In this document: in pieces, positions 48,162-59,976 of the stretch
Position numbering within the stretch: position 1 is the stretch's first letter
Layout of the letters: every line of letters begins with the position of its first letter
Assembly (NCBI GenBank): GCA_964270895.1
Contig: OZ185435.1
Reading direction: 5' to 3' (one strand)
From: Podarcis filfolensis
Lineage: Eukaryota
DNA length: 64,000 bases
Notes under the pieces: model-generated
Database searches by the model: none
What the model was told of the DNA's origin: nothing
Seen by the model: the letters and a program-made list of their open reading frames with translations, nothing else
Made by a program: the position numbers and the translations under genes

Positions 48162-48413
48162 CAAGGGTAGGCAACCTAAGGCCCGGGGGCCGGATCCTGC
48201 CCAATCGCCTTCTAAATCTGGCCCACAGACGGTCCGGGAATCAGCGTGTTTTTACATGAGTAGAATGTGTCCTTTTATTTAAAATGCATCTCTGGGTTAT
48301 TTGTGGGGCATAGGAATTTGTTCATTCCCCCCCCCAAAAAATATAGTCTGGCCCCTCACAAGGTCTGAGGGACAGTGGACCGGCCCCCTGCTGAAAAAGT
48401 TTGCTGACCCCTG
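48162..48413. mobile_element. hAT (Charlie-like) MITE
   Basis: Termini CAAGGGTAGGCAAC...GTTTGCTGACCCCTG. TSD not clearly preserved. Confidence 0.7.
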
Positions 48414-50229
48414 TATGTGGTTTAAAAAATTGGGTTTGTCCTTGATGCAATGAGCTCCCAGCTCTCAGGAAACAGATTCACTCCCTTGAGGCCAAAGTGG
48501 CTGACCAAGAGAAGCTGAGGGAGGAAGAGAGTTTGGTGGACAAGGCCTTCAGGAACATAATAGCTCTTGTTACGCTCCAAGGGTGACGGCTCCTTTGCTG
48601 TCATGGAAAGGAGGATGCTACTGCTTGGGTGTTGTTTAAAATCACAATATTAGATGCTCAGATTTAGAAAGGTCCCACCAGAGCCAAGAGGATGTCCACT
48701 TGGTTAACACGCAAGTGTTATAAAATAGAAGCCTTGTTCAAATTAGGAGAGAAAAAGGGAACACAAACTTTGGCAAAAGAAATGCAAGTGGACGAAAAGT
48801 GATGCAAAAAAAAAAAAAGAAGAATTTGAGGAGCACATTGCTAAAATCAAAGACCAACAGCAAGAAGTTCTGTAACTACATTAATAGCAGAAAGCCAAAT
48901 AGGAGGTGGTTGAACCTTTAGATGATGAAGAGAGCCAGAAGTGGTTGCCATAGAAAACCGGACATTTATCCTAACTATTGGTGGATCTGGGGATTTACCT
49001 TTCAATGCTAATTCTACCAGAGCTGCAGTCAACAAATTTCAGATTTATTCAATTCCTCACAAAGATATATTGACATATGATTTGTCTTCTTGCATGACCA
49101 CCCAGAGCTGCAGACAATTCGCCCTCCCCCAGCCAAACATATTAGATGATGTTGGCTCCCCATGACATGTTTCCACAGGCCTGGCTAAACATATAGGGCA
49201 GGATGCGAGTAACTTGTTTTGTCAGTGCTAGGAATTCCACTTGTGCAATGGAACTTCCACTATGTGCCCCCTAAATCTGTTCTGGGTTTTTCTCTAGCCC
49301 TCTGCAGCTGATTTGGGGAGGGTGCAGGGTGCGCATGGGGGAGAGGAGAATTCTGTTGCACAAGCAGAAATTCTTGCGCTGACAGAACAAGTTCACTGCA
49401 TTCTGTCCACAAATGCTTCCTATAGAACAATTTTGCGATAGTAAAAATAAAGAGTAGAAAAAAGGGGTACACCTTTACTACATAAGAGCTGTGTGTTAGA
49501 TGCATGAAGTGAAATATTTTTATAACATTAGTAACAAAAAAGGTATTTGTGGTTATCAGGGTTGAACTATGTTAAACTCAAATGTGAAACACAGTAAAAT
49601 TAAGAATTTGAGATTTAACAGTATACTGTATAGCATTACTGAAGAACACATGGCTACTGTAAAATCTATCTCCAGAAGGAGCTATTTTATTTTGACAAAA
49701 TGTAATATATTGCTTGACTGTAACAAAACCTCTTAAGCAGCTAGAAAACAAAACACTTTGAACTACATTTTACAGCTTATCAAAACATACTCCTAGGTAA
49801 CATGAATCAAGATGTAGGTGGTTCTTTCAACAGCAAGCAAAATGGATTTTTGCTATTCCTAGAGATAGCGGACTAAAAAAAGAGCTCCCTCAAGAGAGGA
49901 TAACAGAGCAGAGCTCTAAGGGTCCGTTTCATGTTCCCCACAGCAGAAAAGCACACAACCGCCAAACAGAGCTGCTAGGTCTTAATCCAGAGATTGAGGG
50001 GATGGGGTAATTAGAGCTGTGGGTTATAAACAGCTTTCATAACCTCGCTGCTGTGGGGTTTCTGAAAGTGTAAATATGATAGGAAAGACATAGCAAGCAA
50101 TCTTGCATTCTAGGCCTAGTGGCTTCACAGCAAGATGCTTGCTTGGCATTGGTGATTATGGGTTTGCCCTGCTTGAACCAACAGAAGTCAATGTCTAGAG
50201 CTCTGCTAACCCCCATAGGCAGATAACCC

Positions 50230-51395
50230 ATAAACTACAACAAGGCCCAACAAAAAGCAATAAAGCAATTAAACAGCAGCAATAAAATATATATGAGACA
50301 GAAAGATTACATACCAGTAGTATAGTAGTATAGTCCAGCTACTATAGGCCAAAAGCCATTTTAAATGGAAAGAGCTTTGCAGCGCAGCAGATGGTCAAGG
50401 AGAGGACAATATCAACATCCTTAGGCAGGGAGTTCCAACAAAAAACCTTCCCCTTCATTACAACCAAGTGAATGTAGAACCAACAAAAGGCCTCTGCAGA
50501 GCATGTGAATGCATGGGTAAGCTAATACAGGAGGAATTTATCCTGTTCCCAAACCATATAGGGTTTTAAGATCATAACTAGTGGTTCTACTTTGGTGGAT
50601 ACCGCCCCCTAGTTCTAGGTTGGATATACTACTATTATTTAGTTGAAGCTTCAATTTACTAGCTGCCATCCAGCCCATTTCTATTAATGATTTCCATTTC
50701 TATTAAAACTGCTAGTTTCCCTGGAATGTGATGAATGAGTAGGATGTAATCTGCACACTGATTGCATAGACCTCCAAATCTCCATATCACCACTCCTAGT
50801 GGTTTCATGTAGAATAACATGGGTATAAAACAAAAAATTTTTTTTCCTTCCAGTAGCACCTTAAAGACCAACTAAGTTAGTTCTTGGTATGAGCTTTCGT
50901 GTGCATGCACACTTCTTCAGATACCTGAAGAAGTGTGCATGCACACGAAAGCTCATACCAAGAACTAACTTAGTTGGTCTTTAAGGTGCTACTGGAAGGA
51001 AAAAATTTTTTTTGTTTTGACTATGGCAGACCAACACGGCTACCTATCTGTAACATGGGTATAGAAATGGGTATAGAAATGTTTAAAACAAATTACAATT
51101 GGGGAAGGGGGGACAGAACAGAGCCCTGTGGAACTTCATAACCAAAAGAGATGAGAAGGCCCCCAGTACCACCTTAAAGAATTGTTACTCCAGGAAAGAC
51201 TAGAATCTGTTTAAAAAGTGCTTCCAAGCCTCATCTTCACTATATAACCTGGAATACCACAAGTTATTGTACCAAAAGCCTCTGAGAGATGCAGCAGATC
51301 CAACAGGAAGGTGCTCCTGCTGTCCACTTTAGAGCCATGTACCAGGGCAATCAAAGGCATCTGACAAAAAACTAGGTCTGAAACAAATGCCATGG
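50230..51395 (-). mobile_element. Degenerate L2 LINE reverse-transcriptase relic in KBTBD4 intron 2
   Basis: ORF 51211-51393 (LLDLLHLSEAFGTI, resembling LLDLSAAFDT) and ORF 50659-50871 (YMKPLGVVIWRFG...QCADY, resembling the YADD region). Confidence 0.65.
50828..51050 (-). mobile_element. Penelope-like-element-derived palindromic insertion with hammerhead motifs
   Basis: 13-bp TSD taacatgggtata (50815-50827 and 51051-51063). 81-bp perfect inverted arms at 50840-50920 and 50925-51005. Arms identical to 28140-28220. Confidence 0.8.
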
Positions 51396-51458
51396 TACTA
51401 ATCCATATCTCTCAGAAAGGCCTTAGTAACCACAGGTCTCAGTAACCAATCTACCTAC

Positions 51459-52100
51459 CTGAGACAATATCTGTCAGGAGACGGAGAGGAAGGTGCAGAA
51501 ACTCCTCAGTTTCTTGAAGTTGTGATAAGTATGACTTGGCACAGTGCTTGGCAGCCGTATAGAGCTCCACATCACTGTGCTGATCAGCCAACCACATAAT
51601 TTGCAAACAGTTTTTCACTTGCACTGTTCGAGCCAAGAAACGGGAGCATTCCTCAAAGAGGGCGGTTAGTTGGTACATATCTGCTACTTCGTAAGTCTCC
51701 TGCAAATCTTCTGCCCTCAACTTTACAGTTCCATAATAAATGTAGTCCACAAGGAGCTGAAAGACACTCTCACTAACATCTTGTAACTCAATCACCCGGT
51801 TATGTGCCTCCTTCAGATTGGAAGTGAACATAGAACGGAAGAAGCAGCTCTGAGCCGAGAGAACTAGGCGGTGCAGTTGGAATTCTTTGCCTTCTACAGA
51901 GATGGTGACATCTGCAAAGAGCTCATCCTCTAAGCACAACTTCATAATTCCTTGGGCCACACGGCCTGAATGAGAACGGTCAGTGAAAGTGTAATTTACA
52001 AAGTAGTTTTCAGTTAAGGAATTTCCAGTTTCCTCTGTTGAGGAACCTCCAGTCTCCTCCAGTGAGTCCATGTTGCCGCTTAGATCTGACCTCCAGTAAT
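51459..52100 (-). CDS. KBTBD4: KBTBD4 exon 2, BTB and BACK domains; short-isoform ATG at 52071
   Basis: ORF 51451-52161 (LFADVTISVEGKEFQLHRLVLSAQSCFFRSMF). tgtatttcag|AT acceptor, G|GTAGGT donor, 642 nt. Confidence 0.97.
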
Positions 52101-53371
52101 CTGAAATACAACAGACATTGGAGATTCTTTTATCACAGACTTGTGCTGTACTGTATCTCAACTAAAGCAAACAAATCTAAAAAAAGGAAAGGAAAAAGAA
52201 ATGCTACAGGTAAGGAACACATGTCCTATCATGTAGAAATAGCAGCCAAAGGATTGTGTGCACCAAAAGTTACTTCCTTGTGTACCAGTGTTTTATATTC
52301 AAGTAACACCATAACAGGATCAAGTAATTTATGTAGTATGTGACATAGTGCACCATATTTACAAGAACTCAAAAGTTAGACCAATCCTTAAATGGTGGGT
52401 AATCACAGATTACAAGACTTCGTAGAGTATGAGGAACATACTAGGAATACACCCCAGTATGAGTCAATGGAACTTGGTTAACCTGAAGAGAAGTACTCTT
52501 AACAAGGGTTCCTTGTTCCCATGAACTGCAGGAAGTTTATGTTGTTTTTAAAACTATCCCCAAAATACTGTACAGATATCACCAGAACACTAAAAAGCTC
52601 TGAAGCTTTTTGTGCTCTGCCTACAGGGTGAGCGCATTACAACCGCAATATATGAAGAATGACAAATGTGCATTTTGAAAGATGTATACAAGTTGTACAC
52701 TGACATCGGGAAGTTTGTGATGGGTTGGGTTTGACTACCGTGCATACACCATCTTTAAAAAGGTACGTTTGGTTTCTACGGTGCATGAAGAAGCCCTAAA
52801 GACCACCAAGGCTGATGGAAGGGGAAAGCTGGGCAGATCAAAAACAAGGCAGTGCAATTCTTCGTGAGGCTACTCAGAAGTGAGACCCCTAGAGTTCAAT
52901 GAGACCTAGACCAAGCAATGTACTCTATAGCAATGCAGTCTCAGTCTAAAATTGCCTGCTGTTGTTTCGGCATCTGCTTTAAAGCAGCTAGGGCTCAATG
53001 AGCTGCCAGGGGCGGTATCTGGAAACAGGTCTCTCGATGCTTTTGGTCACTGAGCGGAGGCGCCCCGTCCCAACATCGTGACGAACAGAACTTGAACAGA
53101 GATCCCGGGCGATTTTGCACCGAGTGCGGCGGCGCCGAGCTCCCGAGCGAGCCCAGCCCTTCACGGGGCCGGGGCGCGAAGGGCCTCTCGCTCTCGAGCC
53201 GGGCCCTGAGGCGCCTGGTTGGAAGGCAGCTCCGGCGCCGCCCCCTCCCGTCGTCCGGGTGCGCGGCCCCACCCCCTGGCGGACGGCAACCGAACCTTCC
53301 CGCCCCCGCAACGGGCAGGGCTGAGCCCCGAGGAGAGAAGCGCCCCGGCCTCGGCGGGCGGCCGCTCTTAC

Positions 53372-53390
53372 TTGAGGCGCCTCCCTTCAT
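53372..53390 (-). CDS. KBTBD4: KBTBD4 exon 1 coding part (MKGGAS)
   Basis: ATG AAG GGA GGC GCC TCA A|GTAAGA, 19 nt, in frame with exon 2. Resembles the human MKGG N-terminus. Confidence 0.85.
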
Positions 53391-53703
53391 TCCGCCGGCT
53401 CGGAACTTCGCACCGGGAATGGCTCAGGGGGACGCCAGAAGGGGCTGCACTTCCCGACGCCGCTCTTTTAAGCGCTCCCGGAAGCTGGCCGATCACCCGA
53501 TCCGCCCGCGCGCCTCTGATTTCCGGATCATTTCGTCCCGCCCCGCTCGCGCGGATTGGTTTTCCGGCGGTGGAAGCTTGCGCGAGCGGGACGCGGCGCT
53601 TTCTGCTACGTCGGACCAATAGGAGAGAGCGCTCGATGGCACGCGTGCGCCTTACGAGTCCGCTCGGTGTCCTTGTGAGGCTGCAGACCCTGAGCAGGCA
53701 AAG

Positions 53704-53746
53704 ATGTTAGCGGCCGCGCTGGGGCTGGCTCGGGCCGGCCTGAGAG
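53704..53746 (+). CDS. NDUFS3: NDUFS3 exon 1 (MLAAALGLARAGLR, mitochondrial presequence)
   Basis: aagATG start, G|GTGAGC donor, 43 nt. Arg-rich, acid-free leader. Confidence 0.88.
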
Positions 53747-54179
53747 GTGAGCCTGCGACTTGGCGGGGTCTGTTGGGAGAAGGAGACTGAGGGCTTCCCG
53801 TCTGGAGGGCCTGTGGCCGTTGCTGGTGAGGGGACGCTGGGGGATTGTCTGCAGAGGACATAGACTCCTTTCGTCCCTCCTTCCTAAAGGATCCTGGGAG
53901 CTGTAGTTCCGTCAGGAGGGGGCCGGGCTCTGCGGCGGTGTGCTCAGCTCTCTCACAAAACTACATTTCCCAGAATGCTTTGGAGGGCGCCATGATAGGG
54001 AAAAGCGATGCAAAACAGTTGGCATTCTGTCCACCGATTCACCGTCTCCTGCTGTCTCTGCCGCCACCGCACACTTTGCTCACCAAAATCCTGGTTTAGC
54101 TTTTGGTTTTAAACTTTTCAACAGCATCTGGAGAGACACTGGTAACTGCAGTTGATCCCTGTTTTTTAAAACAGTTCTC

Positions 54180-55330
54180 TGTTGTTGTTTTTTTTCATAT
54201 AATTTTTATTAACAGGCCAATCAAATCACATTAGTTCCAAATCACATTAGTTCCAAATTATACAGCCAGATTTTTAAATTTTTGTTGGGGGTACCCATAC
54301 ATCAAGCTCCGAAAAGGGGTCCAAACATCACTTATATTGCTGCTTTAATTAGACAGTTCTATCCAGTTCTGTCCAGATAGTCTCTTTGTTACTTTCCTCA
54401 TCTTCTTGTTGTTATCATATATTCCTTTCTTTGCGATCTCTGATAATCTTCACAAGCGGGTTAAAAACAAACATCCTCTGTGTGGGTTTTACACTCTCCA
54501 AAAATCATATCATAAGGACAGACGCCATTTCCACACCTCTGTAAAAAGCTTTCCCTAAGTCTGTCCGTTGGTTTCCCCAGGCTTGCCAAACATATCTCAG
54601 AGGGTTCTGCCAGGTCTAGATCACATTCCGAAAATCATTCGCATTCCAATGACCCTGGTCCTCCCCCCGTCCTTCTTAGGCCAGCCTGTCTTGGCGAGAC
54701 GCCATTTGAAACTGCGTCATAAAACTTCCCTCCGTTCTCCGATGTTTACCAATCCTCTCTTTGATCAGTAATTCACTCCACACAGTTCTTAAATTCCTGC
54801 TTGTGATTAATAAATTGCAACGATTCTTCTTTCTGGGGTGGAGGGTTATTAATATCACATAAGGCAAAAAGAAAAAAAGTTTTTTCCTCCACCCCCTTTC
54901 CGTTTCACTCCAAACATACCAGTCTTTTAATGGTGGTTCATCACTTGATTTATTTGTCCCGCCCGTCGCTCCACTCACAGAGATCCATTAATCAGCATTC
55001 TTAACTCCCGATCTTCGCTTGATGTATGTGCTTTAGCTTCTTTCCAATTATGTATTTCCAATTATATATTCGAGCCAAAGCGAACCAGTGTGCTGATTGG
55101 AGATAGCGTCAGGAAGAGCCGACTTCACACGAGAGCTTGTGCCAAGTGTCCGCACCCCCTTCTTTTGAATCCAGGGGTGAATTATGGACACCGCTGGCAA
55201 GGCAGTCCCCCCATCCCCTTGGCGGGGCCGGGAAGGCTGCATACTTCCCATAGCAGCCTCTTAATTACCTTCTGTGGGTCAGAGAGATGTTATTGTCGGC
55301 CATCTTCCAGTGCGCCCCCTGGTGGCCCCC
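54180..55330 (-). mobile_element. 1.15-kb non-autonomous retroposon (probably L1-mobilised), apparently full length
   Basis: 17-bp TSD tttttaaaacagttctc (54163-54179 and 55331-55347). AATAAA plus an A-rich tail at the 3' end. 5' end GGGGGCCACCAGGGGGCGCACTGGAAGATGGCCG. Confidence 0.78.
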
Positions 55331-55379
55331 TTTTTAAAACAGTTCTCAGTGTGATTTCACAGTGTAGTCCTTGGTTTTC

Positions 55380-55520
55380 TACAAGCGTAAGGAGAGCCCT
55401 GCTGGATCAGTCCAAAGCCCCAGCTATAGTTCAGCATTCTGTTCTCACAGTGGTCAGCCAAATGCCTATAGAAACCCTGCAAGCATTTGGCACCACTTGC
55501 AGTTCCCAGTAATTAGTGCT
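55380..55520 (-). mobile_element. Short CR1 3' fragment
   Basis: ccctgctggatcag...cagcattctgttctcacagtggtcagcc, same family as 12090-12240. Confidence 0.6.
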
Positions 55521-56238
55521 CCACTTTAAAAAAAAATGCACGGAAGGGATCTATATGAAATCCACACGTTCTGTCATCACACAATAAAATCTATACATAG
55601 GTTTTTAAACCATTTTAAAATAATTCTTAAGGGTGGTATAAAAATATAAGAAATAAAAATAAAATAAGGTATTTCCATTTATTTCTTATATTTTTATACC
55701 ACCCTTAACCAAAAGATGAAAAGATCTTACGTATAGATGCTAGTAAAATGTGGAGCAGGCCTGATATAGGTGTTTCTAAGTATTATTTTGGGCCCTGGGT
55801 TTGTGTATCCTAGTCAGTAGCTTCCTGCTGAGCAGAACAGTAGACTTCAATCTTTTCAGACCTAGGAACCACTTTTAACCCAAACAGTCATTTGGGAACC
55901 CATTCCTTAATCTTTTAATATATATTTGCATGGTGGTAGTGCTCCTATTGCAATATACTTCAGATTAGTCCACCAGTTGAAGACCAGTGCTGTAGATGCT
56001 ATGTTTCAGCACTCCATTCTAAACAAGATTATCTTGACTGCAATCCTCACAATTGGTCTGCGTAAATACCTTTAATTCCATGTTTATTACTGCTTGAAGA
56101 AATGTATATCAATGTACCATCTTGCTTTTATTATTTCTACATTTTTATGGTATATTTGAAGCTACTTCTTTGTGGAGATCAGTAGATGCTATGGCTGTAA
56201 ATAATGGCAATTTAACACTTTTCCCACTCTCTTTATAG

Positions 56239-56301
56239 TTACTGGGCGATCTGCAATGCTACTGCAAGCTCGGTTTGAAGGGAATACTGCTGTGACTCAA
56301 C
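56239..56301 (+). CDS. NDUFS3: NDUFS3 exon 2 (VTGRSAMLLQARFEGNTAVTQ)
   Basis: ctctttatag|TT acceptor, C|GTAAGT donor, 63 nt. Keeps frame between exons 1 and 3. Confidence 0.85.
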
Positions 56302-56818
56302 GTAAGTCTGACTTGCTTAGTGTTTGATCAACTCATCCTTTACTTTGCATTACAATAAGTACAGTTTTGTTAAGTGAAAACTATGTACCACCTGATTGTA
56401 AGCGGATGAAGTTTGATGTTAAAAAGGACATGTGCAAATGACTTCATCTCATTCATTCTTAAGTTCCTGGTAAACTTAATATTTATAGAGGCTCCCTGAT
56501 TTCTGAGACAATGCTATCTGTTTTGTGGTCACTGAATGCTTACTAGGCATTATATTATCTGTCAGGCATGCACTAATCTGCTATAGACTTTGAATAATTA
56601 CGTTTCCTATAGTGCTGATTGGCCCACTCCCCCCCCCCCAAAAAAAGAACCCCCCACACAGCAGAAAAGTTAATGGTACAATAGGTATATCTGACCATGT
56701 TGACCAGTGTTGAACTGCTCCCATCCCTGTGATAGCAGCTGGAATAACATTGAGCCGGCTTTGGCTATGAGCTGGTGCTGTTCTTTTTAGAATTCACCAC
56801 CGTAAACTTTCTTTTCAG

Positions 56819-56916
56819 CTACTGTTAGACCAAAGGATGAAGTGACACAAAAGCAGCTGTGTGCTTTTGGAGAATATGTGGCTGAAATTCTGCCCAAGTA
56901 TGTTCAACAAGTCCAG
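56819..56916 (+). CDS. NDUFS3: NDUFS3 exon 3 ([33 protein letters not shown])
   Basis: ctttcttttcag|CT acceptor, CAG|GTGGGT donor, 98 nt. Confidence 0.95.
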
Positions 56917-57185
56917 GTGGGTTCCATCAACTGTATCATTCTCTCTTGAAACTGTAATAGGCAGTACTAAGCCTTTTCTGAAAGCTAATGAGCGCTACAA
57001 GGAGCTGGAAAGGTATACAATTGTTCCTTGGTCTGCTGTTATGCAGCCTGAACTGCTTACAGTTTACAACACAACTATTTGGAAGTCATTTCATTGGTTT
57101 TAATGAGATTTCTATCTAGGTATGTGTTCTTAGAATTTGGATGAAATTGATCCATACAAAATTTTACTATTTCTCATTTTAACAG

Positions 57186-57335
57186 GTGACATGTTTCAAC
57201 GAGCTAGAAATCTTAATTCATCCAGATGGGATCATTCCAGTTTTGAGCTTTCTTAAAGATCACACCAATGCCCAGTTCAAAAACTTAGCTGATCTGACGG
57301 CGATCGATGTTCCATCTCGACAGAACCGCTTTGAG
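57186..57335 (+). CDS. NDUFS3: NDUFS3 exon 4 ([50 protein letters not shown])
   Basis: ORF 57186-57377. ttttaacag| acceptor, GAG|GTAGGA donor, 150 nt. Confidence 0.96.
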
Positions 57336-58315
57336 GTAGGAGCTGCTCTTCAAGCTATGCTACAAAGAATATTCTAAGGAAGACGCAGTCTTCCAAAAAA
57401 ATTCACATGGCTAAACAAGAATGTGAGAGTATCCTAGTTTCCCCCCATGTTGGTGTCCTCAGTTTTGCTGACTGCCTTGGCTTTATGCTCACCGACTACT
57501 AGTATATTACTTCTGGGTTACTTTCTGCTGATCTATGTAGTCACTGATCTAGAAATGGTGGTTGTGCTTAACAGTGTGATGTTAGTGACATTTGTTTTGG
57601 GAGAGAATTCTGTTGCTTAAACAGCTAATTGACCTGCTTAGTCATCAAGCATTGTCTTGGGAAGCACCAGCACCTTTTTCCAGAAGGGGATACTTATAAA
57701 TATACCTGAAAATATATTAGTTTGACAGAAGGGAAGCTATAATTTGCTTCTGGGACCCTCCTAGTAACAGCAGCTGACAGCTCTGTACAGTTCAACAGAG
57801 TTATAACTTCTTTTTTCTTTGCCTCAACCATGTTAAAATATTCACACATATATACTGTAAATGTCTTCATAGATTGACCTAAATATAGGAATTCAAATTC
57901 TTCTCTAGCTCAGATTAGTTTAAATTGTGTTTCATCAGTGTAATACAATATCCGACTGAACAAAATGTATTTAAATTTGTATCACATTTCATCCATGTTG
58001 TGGGTTTGTAGTACTTCTGGCCACAGTGCTACAAACTTTGACAGATGGGCTCTTAAGAAATCTGTAAATCTTGGGAATAAACCAGAGATATATGATCATT
58101 ATCAGAAGTAGCCATTTCTTCATGTATAGACAAGACCTTTTGTTGCATATACTGTTAGCTTTGGAAATCATTTCACCATTAAAAAATGTTTTTCCCCTGT
58201 GTCTTTTTTAATGTGGCTGTACTATAATCATACACGTTATCCTTTATGGTGATGTCACAATCTGATAATTGGTACTAATACATGACAATGCTGTTTTTTT
58301 ACCTTTTCCTTTTAG

Positions 58316-58441
58316 ATTATCTATAATCTCTTATCCATAGCCTATAATTCCCGGATTCGTGTGAAAACATATACTGACGAATTGACACCTATTGAATCAG
58401 CAGTCCCAGTGCACCAAGCAGCAAACTGGTATGAAAGAGAG
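58316..58441 (+). CDS. NDUFS3: NDUFS3 exon 5 ([42 protein letters not shown])
   Basis: Manual translation. ttccttttag| acceptor, GAG|GTAAGC donor, 126 nt. Confidence 0.96.
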
Positions 58442-58989
58442 GTAAGCTGCAAGGTGGTCGACATTTGGGAAGAGGGGACAGATCTGGTATGTTTTCTTGG
58501 AAGAAGAGAGAGCCCACTGTTTAATATGAGTTGAACACAGTCACTGTGGGCCAGGTTGCCCTAAAGTGCCTGGTGCTGCTCGCAGTTTTCTGTGTGCACA
58601 TTCCTTTTCTGCAGACATCACATTCTGTCCCTTTTGGCTCAATGGCCCTTTAGGTGTTGATCAGTAATCACTCCTTCCCAATGACATCATCTCACTTCTA
58701 TAGGCCTTAAGGTCCTGGATAACTTCTGTTTGGCATTATTTGGAGAGTGTTTGTTGCCATTTCTGGACAATTGAAACCACTTAGATGTTTTATTACAACC
58801 AAGCAGCATATAAGTGATGTAAAATAGTAGAGTTCAAGCAAGTGATTGATGTATTTTTAAATCTTCAGCATTTATACAATTGAATCTCACTTGCTGCCTT
58901 GCCTATGAGGTGTCTCAGCCAACTAGCAATGAGTGCCTGATGCTTTGTATTTGTGAGGTAATAAAACTGTTCATATAAATCGGTCCAAG

Positions 58990-59800
58990 CTAGGTTTCAA
59001 AACTGCTATAATTTGTAAAAGGCGAAAAATTTATACAATCTGAGGAGAAGTCAGGGAGAAACTTTGGAAGAATGATTTGAAGTTTACTGCATGCTACACA
59101 CTGAAAGAAAACTATATGAAAATGATCCATAGATGGTATCTAACTCTGTGTAGATTGGCTAAAATGTATAATGTAGAATTGGATTTGTGTTGGAAATGTA
59201 AAGAAGTAGAAGGAACTTTATTTCATATGTGGTGGGCATGCAAAAATGTAAAAGAATATTGGGAAATGATATATAATGAGATGAAAAAAACGTTCAAAAC
59301 AGCATTCCAGGGGGAAAAAAAACAGGCATTTTTGTCAGGAATTATTCAGACAGGGGTTCCTAGGAATCAGAAAAAAGTATTCAGTTATGCAACAACAGTG
59401 GCTTGGATCTTGCTAGCCCAAAAATGGAAAGTGAGGGTTGTCCCCAGCAAGGAGGATTGGCAACTTAAGATGTTAGAATATGCAGAGTTAGTGGGTCTAA
59501 CAAGGAGAATAAGAGAATAAAAAGAACAGGTATTCAAGGAGGAGTTGAAAATTTTTGTCGGGTATATTGAAAATAATTGTGAACAATTGAAAACGCTGGC
59601 AGTATTAAAGTAAATTCAACAGTATGATAAATATTGAAGTGATGTAAGATAGGAAAATAGAATTAGATGGATATATCAAAATATGGAGGAATGGTGGGAA
59701 AGTTATATAAACCTTGGAAGGGGAGGGAAGTCAATAAATATGTGGTATAATAAAATATCTTTAATTTGTAATGTAAAATTTGAATATATATATATATATA
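58990..59800 (+). mobile_element. 5'-truncated L1-clade LINE (ORF2 C-terminal cysteine-rich domain and 3'UTR)
   Basis: ORF 59077-59520 contains CWKC-x4-GTLFHMWWAC and the L1-type C-terminus (AQKWK...W). AT-rich tail. Confidence 0.85.
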
Positions 59801-59853
59801 TGACCAAAATTGATATACCTTGCCGTTTCTTTACTTGATTCCCATATTCATAG

Positions 59854-59976
<123 letters not shown>

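Larger units (their letters stand above)
53000..53960. promoter_or_regulatory. CpG island and bidirectional promoter KBTBD4 (-) / NDUFS3 (+)
   Basis: GC/CpG-rich. ETS cores CCGGAAG at 53478-53484 and TTCCGG at 53521-53526 and 53562-53567. CCAAT boxes in both orientations (53555-53559, 53616-53620). The two ATGs are 313 bp apart. Confidence 0.88.

Noticed and set aside
52988-54155. GC-rich ORFs up to 176 aa
   Set aside because: CpG-island artefacts; only the 19-nt KBTBD4 and 43-nt NDUFS3 coding starts are supported.
54676-54978. 100-aa ORF inside the 1.15-kb retroposon as a possible ORF1
   Set aside because: Starts at a non-ATG codon and has no coiled-coil, RRM or other recognisable features.
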